Of a stretch of 64,000 nucleotides of DNA, positions 1 to 11,347 are shown in pieces (position 1 is the first letter of the stretch; the number at the start of each line of letters is the position of its first letter). The notes beneath the pieces were generated by a model. That model saw nothing but the letters and a program-made list of their open reading frames with translations, was not told the origin of the DNA and searched no databases. Source of the DNA: Cyanophora paradoxa CCMP329. Taxonomy: Eukaryota > Plantae > Glaucophyta. The stretch is taken from contig QPMI01000396.1 of the NCBI GenBank assembly GCA_004431415.1, forward strand, positions 1 through 64,000, read 5' to 3'. A program made the translations under genes and the position numbers.

Positions 1-1210
1 GCGGGCGTCGAGAGTGGGTCCGACCCGGTGAGTCTGGTGCCCGATGTTGCAGCAGGCGCCGCGCTGTCCTGCGGCGCCTGCCCTTACGCCGATCACGGCG
101 CAGGTTGCCGCGTCGGCGTCTGCGCCTTCTCGTCTGCCTGGCGGTCTTGAGGGCGACGCCCTGGTGCAGGGGGCCGCGGGCGTCGAGACCGGGTCTCTGG
201 GATCGCGCCCTCCGCATGCCGGTTTGCAGACCGATCCATTCGTCCTACAGCTGGTTCCCGATGCGGCAGGCGACCGTGCCGCTGCTGCGGCGAATCTGCC
301 AACACTCGGCAGCGCCACCGACCCGGTGAGTCTGGTGCTCGATGTTGCAGCAGGCGCCGCGCTGTCCCGCGGCGCCTGCCCTTACGCCGATCACGGCGCA
401 GGTTGCCGTGTCGGCGTCTGCGCCTTCTCGGCTGCCTGGCGGTTTTGAGGGCGACGCCTTGGGGCAGGCGGCCGTGGGCGTCGAGAGTGGGTCCGACCCG
501 GTGAGTCTGGTGCTCGATGTTGCAGCAGGCGCCGCGCTGTCCTGCGGCGCCTGCTCTTACGCCGATCACGGCGCAGGTTGCCGCGTCGGCGTCTGCGCCT
601 TCTCGTCTGCCTGGCGGTCTTGAGGGCGACGCCCTGGTGCAGGGGGCCGCGGGCGTCGAGACTGGGTCTCTGGGATCGCGCCCTCCGCATGCCGGTTTGC
701 AGACCGATCCATTCGTCCTACAGCTGGCTCCCGATGCGGCAGACGACCGTGCCGCTGCTGCGGCAAATCTGCCAACACTCGGCAGCGCCACCGACCCGGT
801 GAGTCTGTTGCTCGATGTTGTAGCAGGCGCCGCGCTGTCCCGCGGCGCCTGCCCTTACGCCGATCACGGCGCAGGTTGCCGTGTCGGCGTCTGCGCCTTC
901 TCGGCTGCCTGGCGGTTTTGAGGGCGACGCCGTGGGCAGGCGGCCGTGGGCGTCGAGAGTGGGTCCGACCCGGTGAGTCTGGTGCTCGATGTTGCAGCAG
1001 GCGCCGCGCTGTTCTGCGGCGCCTGCCCTTACGCCGATCACGGCGCAGGTTGCCGCGTCGGCGTCTGCGCCTTCTCGTCTGCCTGGCGGTCTTGAGGGCG
1101 ACGCCCTGGTGCAGGGGGCCGCGGGCGTCGAGACCGGGTCTCTGGGATTGCGCCCTCCGCATGCCGGTTTGCAGACCGATCCATTCGTCCTACAGCTGGC
1201 TCCCGATGCG
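1..1210 (+). repeat. Higher-order tandem array (298+175 bp units) of duplicated exon+intron modules
   Basis: GTGAGT donors at 28, 326, 501, 799 and 973 (spacings 298, 175, 298, 174). Removing a 76-nt intron (gtgagt...cttac...ggcgcag) leaves in-frame exons of 222 and 99 nt. Confidence 0.9.
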
Positions 1211-4200
1211 GCTCCAGCGGGAGAGAGGGACGCTCCCACTACAGGAGGGGGTGTGCATGATTCACTTCGCTCAAACTCCTTCTAATTCTCTGGCTTTTTT
1301 CAGCAGGGTCCTTGCCTGCGGGAGATTTTGAGCTGCCGTCACTCGTCATGGAACGCGCGGTGGGTGCTGCGAAAGATCTTAAGAGGGCGTTCGATGCGGT
1401 TGTGAATGCGACGAATCTGTTGCCGTGGGAAGGCGACGATTGGCTACCCCTCAGTATGTTCTTGTATCTTGATTTTTTGTACTCTCATCTATTTTTGAAT
1501 GTGTCTTTCCTTCCAGCCAAACCGGTGTTTCCGCCTGAGATCTTCTGGAACGTCCCTGGGAATATCCGAGGGCATTGTGGTCTTTACTTGTTGCTGAACA
1601 ATATTATGACGGCAGTCTTCAAATTGAAGTACAACTTGCGGGAAGCAGCGGAGGCCTTCAACAAGTTTGTCGTCCTAACCCAACGGCGTTCGTACAGCAT
1701 TCATCTACACAGTACCATGGAGCGTGCCTTCAACTGGCTGCTTAACTCTAAATCAGTCACTTTGGAGGACGCGGCTGAAATATCTGCGTACGGGTCATCT
1801 AATGCCTTCGACACGTCATTCCTGGATGACGAGGCCACGTCGAACATGCGCCAGATGACAGAGACGACCTTCAAGTCGTGGGTTGCACAGGGACTGACGC
1901 CCCGTGAAATTGTGGTGGAACTAGCGAAGATGCGCGATGACGGAGTGAAACACTATCTGCACGTCGAGATGATGGCTGCGTCGTTCATCAATTTCATTGA
2001 ATTATCGCGGATCGAAGAGGTCTCGAAGGCTACTTACGGATCGATGTGGGATGATTACTGTCGTCTACAGCATTTATTGTCGTCGCCGAATCCAGATATC
2101 GGTTCTGGGTTCAAGCATCTGACCCATCTTCTGGACTGCATCAGCGAATTGAAGAATTTGCGTCTTGAATTCGAGCGAAAGTTGTCGTCGTCGCACCCGT
2201 GCGCAGATGAAGCCGAGCTACTTTCTTTGCAATGTCCAGTGATATCCGGAATTCTAACCGAGAGAAACCGAATCGTCTTGTCTTGGAGGGACTCTGTGAT
2301 AACGTATGATTCAAACGGTAGTGATGGCAAAATGTCGCGCGTCGCCAAAGATGCATTCATCCGAATTGTTAAATCTACAATCACGCGATTGGGCACGTCA
2401 GTTGCGGGTGCCTCGAATTTGGTGATGCCACTGTTCTGTATCGCCTGAGTTAATACTGGAATGCGCAGATTGGAACGCGAAGGACGGAGACACAGTACTT
2501 TATAGTTTCGACGATGGGGTTCTTAGTGGATCTCTCAAACGTCGGGACATTGCTACCCTGAGACCGAACGAAGAATTTACTGATGAGGTCGTGAATTTTT
2601 TCCACCAGTGAGTTAACGCAGTTTCTTGCAGCGTCATGCGCTTTTGATTGTTGCCGTGACCACGAACGGTATAGTTGCTTGATGGAAAAGTTGCGTGATC
2701 CGACGTTCAGGGCTTCTGTACCTGCGACGAGTGTCTGTTTTTTCAACACGTATTTTACCGTGCTTCTGAAGGTGTGTATCATGTATCGCCTTATTCCGTC
2801 TTGCCGATATTGACTATGCACAGGCGGGGTACGGGGAATCGGATCGGGCTAGGAAATGGTTCGTTAAGGCTGGCGTGAATATTTTCAAAACCCAGTTTCT
2901 TGGGTTTCCTGTGCACCTGCCCAAGTAAGCGTCTCGCCTTCTTTTAGTGCAGCGGCATGCATACTGATCAATGTGCAGTCATTGGATTCTCGTAATTGTC
3001 TGCAATTTGGGTAGCCTCGGCCAACGAATATCGGACCCTCGACTGCGACCGGCTATTGTGCAAGTGTGTTCAATGGGTACGGACGAGAACGCATTCTTGG
3101 ACCGGAAATGTACACGTCTCCTTAAGGGCTCGCTTATAAGGTCGGCTTTGTGTATATGACTACGGGGGCTCTGTAACGTGAATCCGATTCAGGTTCTTCC
3201 AATCGGCGTACCGGGACAAGGCTCTGTTTCCCGGGTCACCTCGCGATATATTATCCGGTGACCTTGTTTTCAACTATGTTGTAGCCGAAGTACGTACATT
3301 CTGGCTGGATTATAATATTTAAGGCATTCGATTGATGGGGGCTGTTTGCAGGCAACGCGTCAAGGAGGCGTTGATTGCGGTGTTCATGTTTGTGTGAACT
3401 CAGAGCTACTCGTTACAGGTTGCCTAACCGAATTTATGCAAACTGAGGGTGGTAGCGTATCTACTCCACAGGTTACTGTTGTGTGTCGTCTCACTCCATA
3501 TCTCCTGATTTTGCTAATAGTTCATTTGCACCCCTGACGACATCGTGAATATGAGGACGCTCATATATTCCCTGGCTTGTGAGAAGGTGGGTTCTCATGT
3601 TTTTTGACCTGCATCATTTGAAATGTATGATTAATATATTTTGCGCGTTTATGGACTTCTCAGATTTCAGATCTACATCAGATTGCACGCAATGAGGACG
3701 CGATTCAGAGGTACTCGGACATGCTGTTATCGTTGGTGACTGCATGCGTTTTGCTTGGCTTATTGTTATTTATTTTATTTTCTCACCAACTGTTACCTAG
3801 CAATCCTCGGAACCTCCTGCCGACGAGCCTCGTGTTGGCCTACATGATTCATCCGGTCAGCGTGGGCTTCAACAATCCGATGCCATTAAATCGGTATGTC
3901 GTGCGCTCTTTCAACTGGCCCGTCTATTAATTCCAATGACAAGTTCGCAGGTTCTGAGCCGCGTTGCAGCCCGCGACGGGTCACCCAAGCTTGGCAGTAA
4001 ACTTTTGGAGGCCCGTCTCTCTGCGCGGAGTGCTCGCATGTCCCATTGTGCGGACCGTGGAGTTGACCCGCAACCGTCACGTCTACCCAATCGGCGTTCC
4101 AGCCTGCGAGTCGGCGATGATGTAGTCGCCGTTGCGGTTCCCCATGCGTTTGCCTTCACGCTGATCCCTGTGCAGGATTCCGGTTCGGCATTCGCACCTC

Positions 4201-6379
4201 CCGAACAGCCGGGTTTCATGGGGGGCGATGCATTGGGGCCGGCGAGTGACATGGAAGCCCGTTCTCTGGCCGTCTTGCCGGTGCCATCACCTGCCTCTCC
4301 GTCGGTCCCCGACCAAGGTTTGGTAGAAAAACACGCGATAATTATCTGTCGTTGATCGTTGCTGGCCTATTTGCAGCTGCTATTCAACAAGGTGTCGCAG
4401 GAGCGAGTGTACCTGGTTCACGTCGCAGTGGTAAGATACGAGAAGAGCCAGATGGTGAGGTTGATTTTTGGGCCTATCCTGATGGAATCCTTAATTAAAT
4501 CTGTTCGAGTGTCTGCTTATTTAACATGAGCAGGTGACCGCCAACGATCGAATCCTGCAGTTGTCCAGTTTCAAGTCGACGGAAAAAAGTATAAAATCTG
4601 TAGTTCATCTTCTGATGCACCGGTGCGGGTTCAATTAATATTTATCACACCATTTGAACATCCTCAATTATTCACTACGATCCTACCAGGATCAGTCCAA
4701 GGAAGATGCTGCTGACAGACGGCGCACGCGTGTATCGACTGGTGCAAGTAGCAAAAAGTCTCCGGGTTCGACACAAGGAATGGTTGCACACCAAGGCCGT
4801 TCTGCGTCCAAAAAGCGGAAAGCAAGCAAAGTAACTGTTCCCCGACGCGATGCCAGCGGCGTGAGTGATTAATAGTTGTACTCAATCGCACTATTTATGA
4901 TTCCCCTTTGAATATGCGGTGTTTTGTATATTAGGCTGGGAAAAGGGCGAGAACGGGTGATTCCGATGATGACGACAACGGTGCTGATCGTGTGAGTAGT
5001 TTACTCTATATATATGTGTCGATGATTCCCGTTTGATTCTTTGTGTTGTATCGAAGGATGCTGATGCTAGCGACATTGACAGTGTTTCTTTGTCGGTGAA
5101 TGCATATCTGTGCGATTCTCTTACTTGGTTTTTTTTGATGACCTTCGTTGGATCCCAGTCGGATACACCTCCTGGCCATTCCGGTGGCAGAAGCGGAAAC
5201 GTGGGTGAGGCACTATCGGTGAGTGGTCTCCCGATATCCAGCTCGACATTTGTATTTTCTGATCCCTGTTCAGCTTATACCAGCGACGTCGACCATAGTG
5301 GAAAATGAGCGGAAGTCCTTGAAATTTCTGTCGCGTAAGGCTCGGGTGGCGTGGATGGTCAAATCTTTATCTGCATCTGCGGATACCCTACAGAGTTCAG
5401 TTGGGCCGATGATTACATCAACGGGCAGTTCATCTGGACCAGTTGTGCCTTGTGCTAGTGGCTCCAATTTCAGCACTCCGCAGCTTCCGCTATCAATCGA
5501 TGACATTTTCACGTGTTTGGTCTCCGATGACTGCTCAGCAGTTCCGCAATTTGTTGCAGCATCCACTCCCGGAATCGGACCTGTCGCCTCCCGAAACTCG
5601 AAGATGTTCGACTTCGGCGAGAGACTGTATACGGCCATCGCATGCAATGGCTTGTCGCTTTCGGAATCTATAGCCAGAATTGAGCAGGGAAGATTGTGTC
5701 TGCTCTTTTGCTCGAGTAGTGCACTCTATTTCAAGCGAGTCCAATTCCTTTTGTGGATTATCCAGAAGGAAGGTACACCTGACGCTGTGTAATCCCTAGT
5801 ACTGCTCATGCTCATACGGTCTATGTCGATCGCAGGCGCACGTCAGATGATGCAGATGACTGATTCTCAGATCGACAGTCTTTGGGGGACGTTTCGCAAG
5901 AAGCAGATCAGCATTCGCTTCTGGCCGGAAGTGAAGGCCGCCTTGGCGTGCCTGTACCCGTCTTGTGAAGAAGAATCTGCCCCTCCGGATCAGAAACTTC
6001 CATTCGACCTCACGAAGAGTGATTGTGTTTTGGTGTTGTACCGGGTACGTTTCGGGCGATTTAATTTTTTGTTCCACGTGTTCTTCTTAACGCTGTTTGA
6101 CTCCAGATTGGGTGTCTCCTTGCACTACACCCCAATTTATTGAAGTACTTGCTGGCTGCTCCCCGGGTTGCGGGAGTTAATGCCTACGAGGTGTACTCGT
6201 ATCTCAGGCATGTAGTCCAGCATAAAAACGGCGGCCTCCTCGATCATGTTCGGGACACGATTGTTGCGGCGGCATCTCCAACTTGTGCTCCTGCCGTCAG
6301 CGCAGCATTTGCGTTTCGCCCTCCCGAAGAACTGAAAGGCTTGTTATCAGACGGGGCCAGATGGCCTGCATGGTTTTAG
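1..6379 (+). CDS. Large multi-exon protein with Ulp1/SENP (peptidase C48) SUMO-protease domain (~2470-3590); 5' end outside window
   Basis: Spliced exons read LKRRDIATLRPNEEFTDEVVNFF / VCFFNTYFTVLLK / RKWFVKAGVNIFKTQFLGFPVHLP / HWILVIVCN / QGGVDCGVHVC, which is the C48 motif order with catalytic His and Cys. Joining to the exons up to the stop at 6379 is inferred. Confidence 0.8.
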
Positions 6380-6604
6380 TCGCGACAGTGTGTATATGTT
6401 TCTGGGTCTTTGTACAATGCACTCTTTCCTTCCGTCTTCTTTGATGCCCTGCCGACATGTTAGGGTGCCGTGATGGGAGCTGGAGGGCGACGGGTGCTCC
6501 TGAACGGGAGGGTAGACGTGGCGGGGCCGGCTCTGTATGCCGGTGGTGGTGGGTCGCTGACTGGCTGATGGGGCAGGATCCCCGGACGATGGCCGGGCCA
6601 GTGC

Positions 6605-6732
6605 CGCGTTGCTTGCGGGGGGGGCTTGACCGGGAGCGACGGCGGGTGGGGCTCTATGGGGCGGCAAGGACGATGCACTGCGGCGGGCTGGTGCATGGGG
6701 GCGGAGCGTGCGGTGCGGAGGGCGATGGGCTG
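6605..6732 (+). repeat. G-rich dispersed repeat, copy 1 (direct copy at ~48413-48538)
   Basis: gttgcttgcggggggg...ccgggagcgacgg...ggggcggcaaggacgatgc.ctgcggcgggc.ggtgcatgggggcgga...gcggagggcgatgggctg occurs at both sites, each near an H3 sequence. Confidence 0.85.
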
Positions 6733-7027
6733 TTGCGGTCAGGTCTGTAACTGGGGATATCGGCGGGGGCGGTGCGCTGTCGTGTCGCCGGGGGCGGGCC
6801 GCTGGCGTGCCCCTTTTTGTCCCTATCGCACCCTCCGGCCCCCTCTCCAGTGGGAGAGAGGGGCGCCTCCTCCGGCCCCTATTGCCTCGCCACTGTCACT
6901 AATCTGAGCAACCTGCAGCCCTTGTTCATTTATGTTCTCTCCTAACCTCTCCTCGTCGCCCCCGCCCCCCCCCCCCCCCCCCCCCCTTCCCCTCCCATAC
7001 CCCCGCCGTCCCCTAACATCCCGCTCG

Positions 7028-7114
7028 TGTCAACTATGCGCCCCGCCGCACAGGGTGATGGTCATGCCGAAAGACATGCAACTCGCTCGGTGTATATTGT
7101 CGGGTATACTGTAA
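7028..7114 (+). pseudogene. Histone H3 relic (start context plus last exon only)
   Basis: gtcaactatg matches the start context of the H3 gene at 47541. It is followed by an acceptor cag and [19 protein letters not shown], compared with [19 protein letters not shown] in the intact copy. Confidence 0.75.
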
Positions 7115-7458
7115 AAGTCAGATTCGCAGCAGTGATTTCACTTATGCTTAGCTGCATATCAAGCGCTAGCGCTCTACCGACTTTGAGGTCGACGTCCCTG
7201 CTATTGAACCGACTTCCGAGTGCACGTCCTCTCCAGCTGCAGCTCCATGGATTTGCAATTGCTCTGTAGCTAGGCCTAACGCCGAGCTCGTGGCTTGCTT
7301 ATGGCGAGTACATCTGGCCGATCCTTGAATTTCATATGCCTCTTCAACCGGGCTTCCACACAATCTGAGCTGCGCCCACAACGGTTAATAAAATATATAA
7401 TTCCCTGCGGCATTCGGGGATTTCTATATACAGAACTTTTGGATAATCCTGCGTATGC

Positions 7459-7998
7459 TTACCATCCAAACCTGGATAGCATGGTTTTGGCAGTTCTCCT
7501 GCCTCCGAATTCCATCCTCGCGATTTGTTCATCAGCCGCTGCGATCGCATCCGCCTCGTTGGCAAATGTTTCAAGCTCTTCGCGACCGCCGTCCAGCGAG
7601 TCATTCGCTCTCCACGTCCACTGCCGGCGCAGGGACAGTACGCGCCACTCAATGCCGGTCACGCTCGTAGCGTGGACTACGCCGCAGAACAGCGGGCGGT
7701 CACTGTTTGAGCTGAGGTTGACAGCTTCGGCTACCAGAAACCGGTCATCCGGGCCCATGTACATCGCTGCTGTCCATACTAGGCGGTTGAATTGCCTATC
7801 TGTTATCAATCTCAGGCCTGTTCGCTGTATGGTTGCATATTCGAGCTCTACCAGCTCCAAGCGCGTGCTTGCCTCGAACGCCCGGTGAACTTCGCTTGCG
7901 CAGCATGTTACTTCCGAATTCCCTCTGGCGAATTGCACGACCTTCAAGTACACCGGCATTGCGTACCGCATTGCGCTAAACTCGGCAGAGTTGCTCAT
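7459..7998 (-). CDS. Hypothetical protein, divergently transcribed from the SUMO-like-domain gene
   Basis: 179-aa ATG-initiated ORF with globular composition and no recognised motif; the 3' end may be spliced. Confidence 0.45.
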   Translation of the reverse strand: MSNSAEFSAMRYAMPVYLKVVQFARGNSEVTCCASEVHRAFEASTRLELVELEYATIQRTGLRLITDRQFNRLVWTAAMYMGPDDRFLVAEAVNLSSNSDRPLFCGVVHATSVTGIEWRVLSLRRQWTWRANDSLDGGREELETFANEADAIAAADEQIARMEFGGRRTAKTMLSRFGW

Positions 7999-8199
7999 AT
8001 CTACCGTCTTGATTATGCCACGACTTTTACTGTTCTCGTTGCGCTCGTCTCACGCTGCAATTGCAGTCGACGCGTCGCTCGGAATAGAGGTCTGATGAGC
8101 GACGTAGGGGTACACAATACATCGAGTTTCATATCATCGTTACCGACGGCTTAAATGACATCGACTATGCTGCCGCTTGCCGACCGAGAATATATATCC

Positions 8200-10075
8200 A
8201 TGGGTGATGCTGCAGCAGATACATTGCCGCCTTCGAAACGTAGGCTTGTCGCGCACCGCACTCGAGACGCAAGCTGATTGAACTTGCAGGCCAGCGTTCG
8301 ATCACTAAGGTGAGACAACCGCAACTGTGTTTCTACGGATCATGCGCGGACGACGGCAGACAAGTCGACATCTGATATGCCGCAGATTGCCGCTCGTCAA
8401 GAAGCATCAACGATGAACGCAGCAGCAGAGAGAGCGATGCCTTCGCAACGTAGGCTGCTTGCGCACCTCATTCGAAACGTAGGCTGATTGAATTCGCAGG
8501 CCAGCGTTTGATCAGCAAGGTGCGACGCCACCGAAAGTGGTGCTGCTCGATTGCGATGTTCGAGGCGCAGGGCGACCAGATCCTGGAAGTCCTGGCCATG
8601 GTCACAATCGGCGACGAGTGTGCGGGGCGTAGGGACGTAGGCACATTGACGGAGCTGCCGATTCCTGCCGGGTATGACCTATTGTATCCGGAAAACGAGT
8701 TCGTTCAATTCTCGATCCCATCAATTGTGACTTTCCCAGTAACTGATCGAAAGAAGGCCTGCTGAGTGCAATATTGAAGTGAAATTCTTTGTGCCCCACG
8801 CAGAAAAGAAGGTAACATTAAGTTTCTCTGTCGAATATGTGAACCGAAACTAATTACATTTCGTCCCCATCGCAGACATCGTTACACACATGGCCGCGTG
8901 GATCCTTCAACGACGCGTTTAATTACTGGTGTATGAAGTACAACTTGCGCAAAGGGGCGTTCGTATTTGGAGGGAAACAAATACGGCCTGTGGACAGTCC
9001 GGGATGCGTTGGGGTATGCAATGGCGACACCGTTATATACGTAGAGGAGAGCAAGCTGACAGCTGAAAGTCTGAAACGGTGCGCGCTGAACGTGTACATA
9101 CCGGATGGTGATCTAACGTGGGTGCCGGTCCTCGAGCACGGCCGCAGGGAGGAAGAGTTTGATTCGTACGTCGAGTGTCACGATATAATGAACTCGCAAT
9201 TCCGATTATTTACGCTTGTTCAGAGTCGACGTTGAGAGTGCGATGGAGGTGGTGATCGTGGGCGACAGCGGGCACCAAGACATGAGGATGGTGGAAATTC
9301 TCTGATCTATATACTCGTTATTCGAGTGGATCTGTATCTTGTTATTCAAACGTTAGCGTGTGCATCGCAGGGGCTGAAAGTGAGTCGGGCGACCGGAATG
9401 TACTGGATGCCAGCGAGGCAAAGGTTCGTGTATGTACTTGATCGGGCCGCCGAGCACGAATAACGGACGCACCTGCTTCGCAGCGTGAACCTGCGGATGA
9501 CCGTGATGGGAACGCACGATTCTACACTACCTGCAGCATTTGCGTTGCACATGGTGCCAGGCCAATCGCGGGCCACGATACGTGACGTATATCTACGACG
9601 AACTGATTATACGCCGGTTCACAGAGTGACATAGCCGTGCTGATTGATCGACCTCTATCCGAGTCCATGCGGGTGTACGTTGATAAAATTATCGTGCCCC
9701 ATAGGCACGTTTTCTCCTGCCATATGGACGTCGCATGGATATACCACGTTACATGTCCCAATCATGCCCCTCAGGCACGTGTTTACAGGATATGACGCGG
9801 TTGAATTCGTGTACAAAGGGTGCTTGCTAAAGATAGGACCGACTCCGGCTGAAATGGATATGAAGCACGGTGATGAAATTAAGTACGTGCTTCTTGTATT
9901 TATTGCGTGCGAATGACGATGACACCTTTCCAGGGTAATACCATACAATAGAGTTGTCGGCTCGACGCTCGGCTGTGGTCTTCACGATTTTTGCTATTGC
10001 CTTCGACTACAACTGATGCAAGATGACGCCCTCCAGTACCCTGCCTCTGCTATCACCGACCTTGGTTCCCGCTAG
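8200..10075 (+). CDS. Multi-exon protein with two SUMO-like domains (Rad60/Esc2/NIP45-like SLDs)
   Basis: SLD1: FNDAFNYWCMKYNLRKGAFVFGGKQIRPVDSPGCVGVCNGDTVIYV. SLD2: PLRHVFTGYDAVEFVYKGCLLKIGPTPAEMDMKHGDEIKV. Both resemble the SUMO F.F.G..I....TP..L.M..GD.I signature. No C-terminal di-Gly. Confidence 0.65.
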
Positions 10076-11347
10076 GGCCTTGATCGTGAACTTGACCCCG
10101 TCGTACTGAGCGCCTCTATCTCAATACATTGAGTGCACCGCTCTCACTGTTTTCAATTGCCCCGCTTCTACTACCCTCCAGCGCTCTGTGAACATACACT
10201 CCGTCCATCCCGCCTTAGCTCCCAGCGCTCGTGCCTGTACTATCCTCCAGTGCCCGCGCCCTCCTGTACCCCGCCACGGGCGCCCCACCTTAGCTGTGCC
10301 CCGCCCGCACCCTCCGGCAACGCGCCCTGGGCATTCTGCATCAGCCGCGCTCCGCCCGCACCCTCCATCACCCCGCGCCGGGCACATCCCACTGGCTATA
10401 ATGCGTAGTTTACATGAGTATATTTGGTTGGAAAGGGTATTCAGATTCAAGGCACGAAAAGCCAAGCGGACTTTCCGTCGAGCGTCACGACCCTAGGCCT
10501 CCAGCCGGCGATCTGGTGACAGTAGTACTTCAGGCACAAAAATCACAGTGGACTTCAACCTCTGCAACATCCCTTTTGCATCTGTGCGCCAGACGCTAGC
10601 TCACATGGACCGGTGCGTTTCACGTCACCAATCGTGTGATTGGTATGGTCGCAATGTAACTTTTTTGTCGCTTGCGTTTCACGGACCCCCCCCCCCCCCC
10701 CGCCCGCCCCCCCCCCACCCCCCCGGGTACCGATCACCCTCTCTATACCTAAACTGCCTGTTCGCACGTTCATGGGCAAGCGGGGGTGCGCATTATCTCG
10801 TGCTGTAACTTCTTCTGCGTTTACATAGTCACAACGATCTATACTTGGTCTACGTTCTGACGATTTCGCGTGCAGACCTTGCAAGTCATCTAGTGTCACA
10901 AAGACAGGTGTAGCACAAGATACGTCTTCTGACTCCGAAGATTGCACGCCTGCTAGGTGCGCATCTCGGTTGCCATGCGAAGCTGAGTTCCCATATGCAC
11001 GTCTCAATTGCTGATCGTAGTCTACTAGTGCGTCCGTGCGCGCACGCTTGTCTGCAGAAGCTGTGCATACGTCGTCACCTCAGTCCCCTGGCTTTGCGCC
11101 CGTGCTGGCCGGGTGCGCATGCACGCGCCCTTCGCGTACGCCACTCCAGACCGCATTGCAACCTGACGCCGAACGAACAGAGCCGCCCATATATCCATGG
11201 ATTCCCTGCTTGAATCTGAGCATATGTCGACACCTCAGAACCCCGGCTCCACGCCCGGGCAGGCTGGGTGCGTATGCGCCCCACGCGTGTGCCCTCCATG
11301 ACGGCATTGCAACCTGACGCCGAACGAACAGAGCCGCACATATATCC

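Noticed and set aside
28-52. 25-nt micro-introns in the 5' array
   Set aside because: Frame-compatible, but a 76-nt intron ending in gcgcag with a cttac branch site fits the other introns in the window better.
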